Under the pieces are notes generated by a model. That model did not search any database. It saw only the letters and a list, made by a program, of their open reading frames with translations, and had not been told where the DNA came from. 64,000 nucleotides of DNA from the human T2T-CHM13v2.0 reference genome, Homo sapiens: the NCBI RefSeq assembly GCF_009914755.1, contig NC_060937.1; one strand, given 5' to 3'. Positions within the stretch are counted from its first letter, which is position 1. Every line of letters begins with the position of its first letter. Positions 19,151 to 33,270 of the stretch are shown piece after piece. Both the position numbers and the translations under genes were made by a program.

Positions 19151-22100
19151 TTTTTTAAAAGGTATGCAAAGAATGAAAAGGAAAAAATGGAAGAATTAAT
19201 TGCTGGACTGTGCTGTGGCCACAGTGATACCTGGTGACTATAAATTTGATGTCCCTATCTGTGTCATTGTGTGCTCAGCTGGGCTAGAAAAGGGTGACAA
19301 CTGGATTGAGCTAGGGTTGGGTTCTGCAGACAGTTCTGACCATGGTAGTGTCTGTTGTCTCTGTGAAATGAGAGCAAGCATGTGACTAATAAGGTAGTAG
19401 AAGTAAAGGAATCTGGTGTAAACTTTAGGTTGAATAATAAGTGAGGTGAAGACAGAAGGAGACTGATGGTGTGGGGAAAGGGATTATAGTCTGAGTTGTA
19501 GATATGAATTGATAGAGAGGCAACAGCATAGTGAGATGGCAAGGGGATAGAAGGTTGTAACCAGAAAGAAGGATATGTGAATTTCAGAGGCGAAGTTTAA
19601 GGTGATGACAAGGTCCATGGTGATGCCCAGGGTCTTGATTCAGGGTGCCTCTTGGGTTGCAGGTGTCAAAGAACTGAAAGCTGGCATGCTGGATGAGTCA
19701 TGCATTGGGGATTGCCACTGTCAGGACCTGAGGGTAAAGGGGAAGACTGCACCTGGGGGGTGTGAGGGACAGTAACCATGCTGTAAGAATAGTGTTCAAT
19801 TAGCCAGCAAGAACCTTGGAACCTCAAAGGAAAGGTACTTTACACACGTGTGGGGCCTCATGTTCTAGTGGGGTATTTGAGAGTTTGAAGGAGACCTCCT
19901 GACCAGGACATAGTTGGATGTGGAGGAAAAGCACCAGTGGCAACCATTTGAGAAAACTGCTCTGAGAGAGATTGAGGACAAAGGTAGGGGATGGAGATTT
20001 TTTTACCAAAGGAAGAAGGAGTTCCACATAGTATGGAGGAAGCATCAGAGGTAGAAAGGTTGGGGCCAGGGATGGAAAGAATGTTGGGATTTGCTGGCCC
20101 CCAGCATTTGAAAACAAATGGCTTAAGCCATTTCCTGGTCTCTTAGTCACCGCCTTCCTGCCCTCTCCCCAACACCCCGACTCTCTTCTAAGCTTTCTCA
20201 CCCCTGCCCCTTGCTTCTTTCCTTCAAATGGAATCAGACTCTACTTGGATCCATTGTGCTTCTATGGGCAGGTGAGCAGGCAGGCAGTAGAACTTGTTAC
20301 TTCTCAGGACTCACTGAGGCCACTGCAGTGTAGTGAAATGCAGGCTAAGTAGGGCCAGAAGTTGCAGGTTCAGGCACATACTGGTAAATGCAGATATGTT
20401 ACAAACTCCGTACCTTCAGTTCCTTCATTTGCAAACCAGTAATACCAATAATACCCACAGAGTTTGGACAGGTGTCAGGTGAGGTAACATACACAGAAGC
20501 AACTGCAACCTGGCATCTGCTGTTTATAAATGCTTATGATAAATATTTCCCCCAAAAGTGTAACTTCCGTTACAGCTCATACCTGTGTCTTTCACTAGGA
20601 CAGTGCCTTACAGGTTATTTGTGCTTAGTAATGAATTGATCAGTGAATTTATTGGGCTTGGGGGGGAATTTACAAAGCTTTTACACATACATATATTTCA
20701 AAAACCACTTGTTCACTCTTCTGTCCTTATCTTTTCATAATAATCTTCAGAATTAATTATCCCTTAGTCTTATCCAGGTAATAATTAGGCTTCTAATGGA
20801 GGCCTAATTTTTCTAGGCCTCTATTTGAATACAGAAACCTCCCTATTCTCCCTTAAATTCCTAGCTACAATTTCTACCTTCATGCATGCAGTACATGTGT
20901 GTTGAAATGGAACAAACCTTAAATAGGTTAAAATCCACCTTCCCAGTATTCAGATTGTTTCTCCTATTAACTTTAGTGCCTCAATATCAGATATTCCTCT
21001 TAATATTTAAAAAATTACTATTGGCAGCTGAAAACTGATTTCCTTTCCTCTAGTCCTCGCATCTAACTCTCCTGAGTTCGCTTGTGCGCGCGCTCTCTCT
21101 CTCTCTTTAGTTTATAACTCATCCAGGTTTCCTCTTTTATTTGATATATTCTGATCGAGATAATGTTTCCTTTCTTCATTCTATCCAATCCCTATAAATC
21201 CTACCTTGAACTGTTCCCATTCAATTCATCTTACAAATGGCATCAGAATCTGTCTTTTCTGATTACATCATTCATGTTTTCTGTTCACCTCCTTCCAGTT
21301 ACACTGGAGTGATTATCATCACTTGCGTTGTGGCCACCTTTGCTTTTCCCTCTTCTTGCTTTGCTCCATCTGCGTCTGCAATCCTCGTGTTCCCTGTGTG
21401 GGAGCTGATCTGTGGGGCCAGGGCAGGGTCAGCCCCGTGGCATGTGCTTTCACAGGCAAGTGGAGGGAAAACTTCAGATACTTAGGGGATAAAGTCTGTT
21501 GCTGTATATATTTCTTTATCCTTTCTGTTTCTTATCTTTTCTTACTTATATTGAGATTTACTTGCAGGAATTTGCAGCCTATTGTATGTGAGATTAAGAG
21601 CCTATAAAAATGTTTTAGGTTTTTTTTTTTTTTGATGTGCTGATTTCTTTTTATTAAAAAAAGTATATAGCATTCTCTTAAATCTTGTTTTCCCATTGAG
21701 ATGTGCTCAGTGAGGATCCTGAATTAGCTATTATCATTTGTTATTTCTTTTTCTTTTTTTTTTTTGAGATGACAGCCTCGTCCTCAGAGTGAGCCGTTAT
21801 TCTTGTTTATGTTCAGGGACTCAGGGGACTAATGGAGACCAAGCAGTTAGTGACTTTCTGGTGAGTAAAAAGAGTTTCCTCATTTTTTAAAATCTATAAT
21901 TGACACATTGAGCCATCACTCTTGATTGGGCAGCTTTAGGGCCCGCAAGTCATGTTTTCATGGCTCCTTTGCAATTGGTCTTTGTTTTAAGCATTTGTAA
22001 TAAACAAGTTGTAAGTCACTTTTATGATGTCCGGTTCAGGAATAAAATACACAATGGTGCTTCTGCCAGCTGTTGTCGAAGCCACTGATAGCATTGTGGA

Positions 22101-22554
22101 AGGCCCTTGTCCACGGGAGAAACTGAGCTTTTACACTCTCCTTCTCTTTTCTGAGACACTCTCTATGGATTGCTAGGCAGCACCCACCCCTGTAGGCTTT
22201 TGAGATGCTTCTTGCTACACTATGGCGAAACAGTCTAGGACCATCTGGGTTTGTAGTGATTGGCATTGGGTGAATATAATCAGTGCCAGTATTTCAAATT
22301 AAACTTAAGGGCTTCTCTTCTGAGACCAGACTGAGGCTGGCATTTCTTTCCCTCCTGCTGCCTTCTTCCTTCCCGGCAAAAGCCCCAGTGCTCTGGGGTT
22401 TGTGTACAAACATTCTTTCATGTAGCTCTGAATCTCCGTATAGATAAGGCACACGAGGAGCCTTCTTGACCAACATACGGCCCCATGAGAGAAGAGCCTG
22501 TGCATTTATTGATTAAGGAGCTATTTTCTCTGGCCGGCATTGTATTATTCAGCT

Positions 22555-23010
22555 CTTTTTTGGTTTCATATTAGAGAAACCTAATTCAAACTGCCTTAGG
22601 CAACAAGAAAGCAAAAGGGCAGAGGGATTTTGGGCTCACAGAACTGAGAGGTTCCGGAGGTCATGGTGACGTGAGGCACGACTGTCCCCCAGGGGGGACT
22701 TCAACCGCAGCGGCAGGAATACATTTTCATCTCCTGGCCCCTTGTTCCCCTCTCTTGGCTCATCCTCAGAAAGGCTCTCCCCACATGGGAACAAAGATGA
22801 TCAGCAGCTGCTCCAGGCCCATATCCTGCCAGCTTGGGCATCTATCGAGTAGAGAATTTTTGTCTAGTAAATCCAGCAAAATTCCCGAGGTAGGGCTGTC
22901 ATCGTCCCAACTCACATCTTGTTTCATTCTCAAGCCAGGATACTGTGTAACACCAGAGCGGTGCAGAGCTCTGATCCAGCAGGCCTGTGTTGTACGCCCC
23001 CTCCAGGCCC
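22555..23010 (-). mobile_element. Old MaLR LTR (MLT1J/K-like)
   Basis: agagaaacctaattcaaactgccttag...ggctcacagaactgag decayed MLT1 motifs. Confidence 0.45.
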
Positions 23011-23348
23011 TGGTGCATCAGGCCGCTACTCTGACCACATGAAACAAGAGGAGGGAAGGGTTGATTCCCCAAAGGTCAGCAGGGGTGCTGTTCAAAGGAG
23101 CTGTCAGGCCTAGTACGAGATGCCCGCTAGCCTTAGCCGCACAGAGTCTGCACTGGGGGAAAGAGATCAGGGAAAGCTGAATAGGGTCTAAGGAAATACT
23201 GCTATTCAAGAAAGCTAAAAAAAAAATAAGGAAAAACTTCATAAATAAGTGTCAGGGACTCCAGGGACTAATAGAGACCAAGCAGTTAGTGAGTTTTTGG
23301 TGAGTAAAAAGAGTTTCGTCATTGAGCCATTCAGTTAGACAGGGAAGC

Positions 23349-23820
23349 TGCAGTACGCTGAATACTGGCCCCTGAATATGTCCATGTATGAATCACCAGA
23401 ACCTATCAATGTTACCTTATAGGGCAAAAGGGACTTTGCATGAAGTTCAGGATGTTGAGATGGGGAGATTATCCTGGATTACCCAGATAGAGACAATGTC
23501 ATCATAAGCATCCTTGTAAGAGAGAGGCAGGAGGAATTAGAAAGACATGATGCAGGAAGCAGGGATCGGAGTGATTGCTTTCAAGATGGGAGAAGGGGCC
23601 ACCAGCCAAGGAATGAAGGAAGCCACGAGAGGCGAACAAGGCAAGGAAACGGACTCTCCCCTGGAGAGTCTAGAAGGCACCAGCCTGGCCGACCCCTTGG
23701 CTTCAGCCCAGTGAGCCTGATTTCAGACTTCTGACCTCCAGAACTAGAAGAGAATAAACTTGTGTTGTCTGAAACTGCTAAGTGATAATTTGTTACAGTG
23801 GTAATGGGAAAACTAAAACA
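23349..23820 (+). mobile_element. MLT1D-like MaLR solo LTR
   Basis: TG...CA ends; ggcaaaagggactttgca, atggggagattatcctggattaccc, cagacttctgacctccagaact..aagagaataaa. Confidence 0.85.
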
Positions 23821-23979
23821 GAATGAGCTGAAATTGAAGATGACCTGGAGTAGGCCAGGCAGACAAGGGAGAGGCTGAGCACTCAGCCTCCGTGAACAGC
23901 ACAGGCTGAGACACCCAGGGTCACATGGAAACAGCAGGGGCACCTGGCAGAGGACAGGAGATCCTGGAGGATGCTTACC

Positions 23980-24720
23980 CCACACCATGGAGTTGGGACT
24001 TCCTACTGAAGCCCAGGGTAAGCTTTGGAAAGGTTTTAACAGTAAAATCATGGGATCTTGTTAAAGGCTTAAGGTCTTTCTGGCAGTGCTAAGGAGGGTG
24101 AGTTAGGTAAAGATGCAGAGGTTAAGGCACAAGACAGAAATTACTGAAGAGAATTTTGTAGTTGTCCCAACAAGAAATGAGGACTGAGCTGAGGTACAAA
24201 GTGAGAATGAATCAGGGGCCAGACTTAGGAGCTACTGAAGGTCAGAAAGACCTCATCACTGCTAGATATGGTAGGATGAGGAAGAAGACTGACTTGTTTC
24301 TGGTTTCAGTGACTGGGAGGACAATTGACTAGGAGAGAAAATATAGGACAGAGAATAGGTTTGAGAAGAAGTTAACCAGCTCCATTTGGGGAACAGTGTT
24401 TTTTGTCATCAAATAGATAAGCAGTAATGTCTATTTGGCAGCTGAAAACAGGTCTGGATCCCAGGAGAGGTATCTGGGCCTACCTGGATTGGAAATCACA
24501 GATGTGGTCATCAGTGTACATAAGTTGGTGATGTGAGCCTGTTGAATGGATAAGCTCACTCAGAAGACTGGACAGGAGAAGGCTGAGGCTGCACTGGGGA
24601 TACCTTGGTCCAGGTCTAAGGAAAGAAGACAGAGTAGCCAAGAAGGCTGAGACAACAGCCGGGAGGCAGTAGGAAAACATGAGACCAAAGACCACACTAG
24701 CATTTCTAGACACTCAGGGA
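23980..24720 (-). mobile_element. L2 fragment
   Basis: gactgacttgtttctggtttcagtgactggg...ggcagctgaaaacaggtctgg decayed reverse L2. Confidence 0.5.
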
Positions 24721-26577
24721 TCTCATTGAGTGAAACGAAAGCTTACCGTGTATTTAGAAGACATTTAGGCTGAGTCTAGATTGTAAAAAAAATGGCAAGA
24801 AGAACAGAAGGTCTTGATTCATCTCTGTAATTATCTGTGCTATCAAGAATTCCCAGACCATACAAGAGTTCTCCAGGTAGCCTTGTGTTCCTATGGTAAG
24901 TTTTGCCAGCAAAGGGAGGGTAAAACTTTCGATTTGAGTTATTCCTATAGGACTGCTTGGACTAGACTTATCTGTCCTTATCCTTTTATGGATCAGACAA
25001 ATTATTTTCATTAGTGGTTTGGTTTCTCTCCTTTTTGCTTATTAGTTATTATACAAGTAATATGTGATGATTACAAAATATGGAACTAATGCAGAAGCAT
25101 ATTAAAATAAAAAGTAAAAGCTCCTAAATCCTACTGATTAGAAGTAACCATTATTAAAAGTTTGGTACCTTATCTTTCAGATATTTTTACTTATTTCTAA
25201 GCATAATACATATGACATTTTGTGTTATGAAAATGGGGTAATTCCATGCATGCTGTTCAACTAGCTTTTTAATTTATCATGGGCAGCTTTCCATGCCAGT
25301 ACAATATAGAGCTATGACATCCTTTTTAATGGCTGCATAGTACTCCCTGGTTTGAATATGCCACAGTTCATATAACTTATGTTATATATGTTATAATTTA
25401 TGTTTTTGCATACTTGTAGAAGTGTTTCCAAGAGAGATTTATAGAAGTGGAATTGCAGGGTCAAAACTATCAATATTTGCATTTTTGATAAAATTCAAAT
25501 TGTGCTCCATGAAAGCTGAATGGAAAACACTGAAAGGCTAAATAAATAATTGTATTTTGTTTTCCTTTAAGCACAAAACATTAGGTTTAGTGCAGATTTG
25601 GGGACTTTAACATTTCCCTTCTCAGCTTTCAGGAGTCTTAGTGTCTTTCCATATTTGTTGATACCTAAAATCAAAGCCAAGTGAAGGAAAAGAATGGGGA
25701 GCTTAGCCATATAGTGGGTACCCTGAGGGGTACCCGTGACTTCAGCAGAGTGCAGTGGCTGGGCTTTCCATACCTGGAAGGTCCAGCCTTCTGTGAGCCC
25801 TGAAATGCCTGGGCAGACCTCCTGGAAAGAAGCCCGGAGGAGAGCAGGGGTTGGAGGGGTACACGCTTAGACCCTATCTGGGTCAAAGTTTGTGTTCTGG
25901 TGGGGACGGCAGACACTAAGCAAACAGGTGAGGATAGAATAGATTGTTGGGCAGTGACAAATGCTGTGAGGAAGAATGAAGCGGGTGAAGGGGAAACTGG
26001 CAGGTGATGAGAGGGCCACAGTAGTTGGAGCACCAGGCATGGTGAGGAGACCTTGCTGTGCTGAGACCTCCTGAATGGATGGATGAGCCATGCTTAAGGG
26101 CTAGAGGAAGAATATTCTGTGCAGAGGAACTCAAGCCACAGGAGGAAGCATGGCATGTTTGGGGACCAACAAGGCTGGCATTGTGGCTGGCAGATGTGGG
26201 CAGGGACAGTGACAGCAGTATGGCTGTGAGGTCATCTAGGGCTACACTATCTGATATGGTGGCACATATCAATTAAATGATTGCTTAACTAAATGAATCG
26301 ATTAAATGATTGAGACTTCAGTGTCAGTAGGGCATGGGGCATGTTGGAAGAGCTGTTCTCAGACACTGTTTGTTGGGAATATGAATTAGTGGATCCTTTT
26401 GTTGACAATTGGACTGTGCATAGCAATACTGCAAATGAGCAGACTGAATCCAGCAAAAGCAATTCTGTGCATTTGTCCTCTGAAGATCCTGGTCTGTGTG
26501 TACAAAGAAACAAGTAGAAGCTATTTCAGTGGCTAAACTTGTAACAATCTAAATGCTCATCCATAAGACGATGGTGA

Positions 26578-26912
<335 letters not shown>

Positions 26913-27975
26913 TGATATGGCTCTTTTTAAAAAAATCTGTAAATACACTGATAAGAAAAAGATCTCCAAAAATGTGGGTAGGTAAAAAGAAATTGCAATG
27001 TTTATTTCATATATTTATCTAATAGCTGTATTTGTATATGTGTGTATATTTATAAATACCTAGGAAAAAATCTGGGAGAATAAACACAAAATTGCTAGTA
27101 GCAGTTACCTCTGGAAGGAAGAGTGAGGTCTCAGGGTTTGGGGGTGAGCATGGGGGTGACATCCATGGCCTGCATCTAAGGAACAAAAGCAAGCTTTGTT
27201 TTTGAAATGACCTAACAGTGTGCTGAAGCCAAGGCAGGTTTGGGTTAATCTAGGTCTGTGTGATTTCGCTAATCTCACATCCATTGCTGTTTGACTTTCT
27301 GACAAACGTGACGTGAAGGTGAGCACTGTGCCCGGCACACAAAGGAGAAGCTGCACTGTGCCCTGGGTATTGCTGGACACAATATGAGGAGCGTCCACAT
27401 GCTTTTGCTGGACCAGCTCTGGCAGCAAGTTCCACGAAGGCTTAGCTGCAGCCAAGAGAGCTAAAAGGCTCTCTAGGTCACCTCTGTGGACCCGCTGCAT
27501 GGAAATTAATTAGAGTCGGACCATGTCCCCCGTGGCTTGGCTCCGGGTGATGCCGAAGTCATTAGCAGCTATGCGCAGCTACAGCGTCCTTCCCTGTCTT
27601 CTGAAAATTTGTTATGGCAGAGAGAGGCAGGCAGACTAAATTGGTGGCTGAGGATGTAAAATTTTAATTCCCAGATAGTTTGGTCAGGGTCATTGGGGTG
27701 GCAGTGACCTTCAGAGAAGGGGGCGTTTTTCATCAAATCAGAGACAGCAGTGTCCTTACTTCTCCCCTGACCACTCAAAACTAAATTCCCTTTCCTATGA
27801 AGAAGTGTGTCATTCATCTAGCACAGGGGGTGGTGACCATAGCAACAAATCACCCAAATATTTCTTTTGTTGATATGTTTGACTTTCTTGAAGCCACCCT
27901 TTCCACAACTTATGTTGCCATTTCAATTTTAAGTAGCTTACTTTCTACCTATTTCTCTTTTCCAACTATACACAG

Positions 27976-28074
27976 GAACAAAGAAAGATGCTCCGAAAGA
28001 TCAAGATACGAATAAACCTGCTGTTTCATCTCCTAAGAGAGTAGCAGCTTCAACCACCAAGCTTCATTCACCAG
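27976..28074 (+). CDS. MTUS2: MTUS2 internal coding exon (99 nt, phase 1-1): (G)TKKDAPKDQDTNKPAVSSPKRVAASTTKLHSP(G)
   Basis: Pyrimidine tract then cacag acceptor at 27975, CAG/gtatgt donor; open frame that joins the 62644 exon in phase (CCA G|GA TAC); not found by the ORF track. Confidence 0.85.
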
Positions 28075-28511
28075 GTATGTAAGAAATATGATGTGTTCCT
28101 TGGGGGGATGACTTCAACTTGGAATTTATCTTATTCAGATGTCATTAATGGAGCAATGCCAACCCATGTGATTTACTCAATTGTTCCAGAGCTTGACATA
28201 CATATGCTGATGTTTTCTGACTCTAGATGAAATGAACCAGCTGTTCACATCATTTAATCTTAAAAAACAAGATGCTATGCTATGTTTCAGTGGGAGAATC
28301 TTCTCTGTGTAGGGGTATCTGCCATTCCAATAGCAAGTAGAAATAATTTACAATTGAAAACACTTTAAAGATCTAACCTTAAGAAATAATATTGTCTAAA
28401 AGGAAGAAGAACAGAGATAATGGGTATCAAATGATTTGTTAGTCTGTCAGCAAGGAAACCATTTATTTGCATTCAGATATGAATAAACTACATAAGGTTG
28501 CTTGAAAGTCA

Positions 28512-28831
<320 letters not shown>

Positions 28832-28968
28832 AAGAAAAGAAAAGAAGAAGAGGAAGAGGGAGGAGGAGGAGGAGAAGGAGGAGGAGGAGGGAGGAAGGAG
28901 AAGAAGAAAAGAAGAAGGAAGAAGAGGAAGAAGAGGAGGAGGAAGAGGAAGAAGAAGAAGAAGAAGAA
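28832..28968. repeat. GA-rich polypurine low-complexity tract derived from the Alu tail
   Basis: (GAA)/(GGA) repeats with no pyrimidines. Confidence 0.9.
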
Positions 28969-29059
28969 ATCCTATTGTAAGACATTCATGCCATTGTAGA
29001 ACAGTATGTAACACAACTTCAAAAGATTTTCTTTAAGCCCAAAAATGGTGGCCATAATA

Positions 29060-29310
29060 GCAGCTAATGTTTGAGCTCTAACTGCATGCCAGGTACTGCC
29101 CTGTGCTCTTTCAATATCTTAATTGATTTAATGTCCACAAAAACTCTGTGAGACAGGTTGTATTATTGCCCCTCTCTTTACATGTGAGGAAAGTGAGGCA
29201 CAGACATTTCATTAATTTGCCTAAAGTCACAGGTGATAAGTAGTAGAGCCTTGGTTTTAACCTAAGCAATCTGTGTCCCGGACTTACATTGTTAGTTGCT
29301 ACACTGTTAA
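29060..29310 (-). mobile_element. MIR SINE
   Basis: ttacatgtgaggaaagtgaggcacag...atttgcctaaagtcacag. Confidence 0.7.
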
Positions 29311-30059
29311 CCCAGCAGCATGGAGAATAGAGAACTTATTAAAATTGCTGATTAATTTAAAATTTATGGAAAATAGGTCAAAGCCGTAAATGTGAAGGAC
29401 AGGAGACAAAGCCTGGTAATTGAGTGAGAGATCTGAGGACCCTGCATAAATCTGGAATTTCTAAAGGGTAACACCTTGGCCAGATGCACAAGGAAGGAAA
29501 AGAAAACTCACCCTGCGGGAGACTGACTGATTGCAGCTCCAGCTCTGAGGGAAGCCGAGGATGGGGAGCAAGCCCTCCCCCAGGAACCTTTGACCACAAG
29601 CCAGCCCCACTGCAGTTTAAGAGCTGGAGTCTGTGCTGCCACTGTGCTCTGAAAATCCAATTTAAAATGCTGCAGTTCTTATGGCTACTTAGTTGACTAA
29701 GATGTGAAATCACACACACAAGGAAACAAGCCACCATAAATAAGGTCCTTATATTCTAGAGAAAGAGTAAAAATAATATGTAATTTTAGACTTAACCATG
29801 TTAAAATATCTGTTAAAATTTCTAAGATGACCAATAAAATACATATATATTGTTCTGAACCCTAGATGGGAAAATATTGGAATGAGGGGTTAAAAAAAAT
29901 TCAATCAATATAAAGGAAGGAAAAAGAAGGAAAGAAGGAAGGCCAGGAGGGAGATGGGAGAAATTGAAAGAATACAATAAGATATTAGAAATGAACTCAA
30001 ATATGTCATAATGACTTACATGAACTATACTCTCTAAACTAACTCAAAGATTTAGATTA

Positions 30060-30529
<470 letters not shown>

Positions 30530-30559
30530 TTATACCAAAAAAACTAAACTGAAGAAAGT

Positions 30560-31500
30560 TTGTGGCATTATAGTTGTAAAACATATCTATTGTGGAATAA
30601 TGAACAAATACTAAACTACCCTATGCTTAAAGTATAGAACTTGGTAAGTTTTGCCATGTGTACGCAGCTGTGAAACCATCATCCCATGCAAGATAACACA
30701 CATGTCCACCAACCTTCCAAGTTTCCTGGGACCCCTTTGTCATACCACCTGCCTACCATTCTACACCCCCACCCCAAACCCCAGACAACCACTGATCTGT
30801 TCTGTCACTAGAGATTAGTTTGTATTTTCTAAAATTTTATATAAATGGAATCATTTAATATGTATGCTAGTTTTACTGGCTTCTTTCAACATAATTTAGA
30901 TTCATCCATCTGGTAATAACCAATTCCATTTTACTAGTGCGTAGAATTCTATTATATAGATATCACTATTTATTTACTTGTTGATGGAAATTGGGGCTTT
31001 CCCCCCAGAACTTGGCTGTAATAAGTAAAGCCAAATCTTTGTACAAATGTACAAGATTTGTACAAATCTTGGTATGAACATCTGCTTCCATTTCTCTTGG
31101 GTAAATATCTAAGAATGAAATGGCTGGGTCATATGGTAGCTACATGTTTAACTTCTTAAAAATGCCAAACTGTTTTCCAAAGTGGTTGTACCATTTTACA
31201 TTTTCAACAGTTGTATATGACAGTTCCAGTTTCTCCACATTCTTGCCAACCCTTAATATAATCAGTCTTTTTTTATAGACATTCTAATAGGTGTGTCATG
31301 ATACCTCATTGTGGTTTTAATTTGCCTTTTGCTAATAACTGATGATGTTATAATGTTGACTATCTTTCTATGTGTTTGACAGCTGTATATGTTCTTTGAT
31401 AAAATATCTATCCAAATATTTTTCCATTTTTTAAATTGGGTTGTTTTCTTATTGAATTTTGAGAGTTTTATATTCTGGATATAATTCTTTCTTATGTTAT
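30560..31500 (-). mobile_element. Ancient L1M 3' region (host of later insertions)
   Basis: ccagacaaccactgatctg, ttttatataaatggaatcat, gccaaactgttttccaaagtggttgtacc. Confidence 0.75.
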
Positions 31501-31563
31501 AAATTACTATAAATTTTATTAATTTACAAAAATAGTATTCATTTTCCATATATGAAATACATT

Positions 31564-32399
31564 TGATAATAGAAAAATCCAAATTCTGCCAAAATATGTT
31601 TAAAGAGGTACATTTTGAGTCAGTATGAGTGACCATGGCCCAGGCCACACAATCTCAAGAAGTCCTGATAAAGTGTGCCTGAAGCAGCCAGATTACAGCT
31701 TGATTTTATACATTTCAGGGAGACATGAATTGCAGGAAAATCATAAATCAATATGAGGAAGGCATACATTGGTTTGGCCTTAAAAAGGCCAGACCTCTCA
31801 AAGCAGAGGGCTGGGGAGATCATAGGTGGGTTTTAGGGATTCTTTAGTTGACGGTTGGGATAGTTAAGCTAATGTCTAAAACTTGAAATCAGTAGAAAGG
31901 AATGTTTGAGTTAAGCTAAGGGGGTTGTGGAGACCAAGGTTCTTAGTATGTAAATGAAGCCTCATATGTGGCAGCCCTCAGAGAGAATAGATGGAAAATG
32001 TCTCTTTGCAGATTTCAAAGCTCTCAGGCTCTCAGTTAATCTCTCCAGATCTGAGAAAGCCTAGAAAGGGAGAGGTCTGACTACATTAATGGAACATTAA
32101 TCTGATGCAAATTATTCCCACAAAAGACAGCTTTGCAGGGTCATTTTAGTCTGATGATCCTGTGGCAGCCGTTTCAAAACACGTTAAAGAAATATACTGT
32201 GGGATAAAATCTTTTTTACTTCTTTCAGCATCTGCTATCTGTCATGTTATGCTGTGTACCAGAGTCAGGTTGGAAAGCAAGCTACATTATGTAGGGTTCA
32301 TAAAACCTGTCTGATGAGATTTTATGGTTTGTAGGGTGTGACTCCCCCAGGCCCTTAGATAGGAATTTGGGCAAGAGAAAAAGAAGGTCATAGTCCTCA
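31564..32399 (-). mobile_element. ERV1 solo LTR, MER4 family (MER4D/E-like)
   Basis: TG...CA ends with 4-bp TSD catt (31560-31563 / 32400-32403); reverse start tgaggac...ttgcccaaattcctatctaaggg. Confidence 0.8.
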
Positions 32400-32953
32400 C
32401 ATTTAAAAACTATTATTTTATGTTGCATGCAGCTCATTATATTTGTAAGTGGTAGATAATTACAGATTTCTATTATAATATTTTAATATACCCTTTTTTA
32501 AAATTATACTTTAAGTTCTGGGATACATGTAGAGGACGTGCAGGTTTGTTACATAGGTGTACACGTGCCATGGTGGTTTGCTGCACCCATGAACCCATTA
32601 CCTGCATTAGGTATTTCTCCTAATGCTATCCCTCCCCTAGCCCCCCACCCCCTGACAGGCCCGGGCTTGTGATGTTCCCCTCCCTGTGCTCCCTGTGTCC
32701 ATATGTTCTTGTTATTCAGCTCCCACTTATGAGTGAGAACATGTGGTATCTGGGTTTCTGTTCCTGTGTAAGTGTGCTGAGAATGATGGTTTCCAGCTCC
32801 ATCCATGGCCCTGCAAAGGACATGAACTCATCCTTTTTATGGCTGCATAGTATTCCATGGTGTATATGTCTCACATTTTCTTTATCCAGTCTATCACTGA
32901 TGGGTATTTGGGTTGATTCCAAGTCTTTGCTATTGTGAATAGTGCTGCAATAA

Positions 32954-33270
<317 letters not shown>

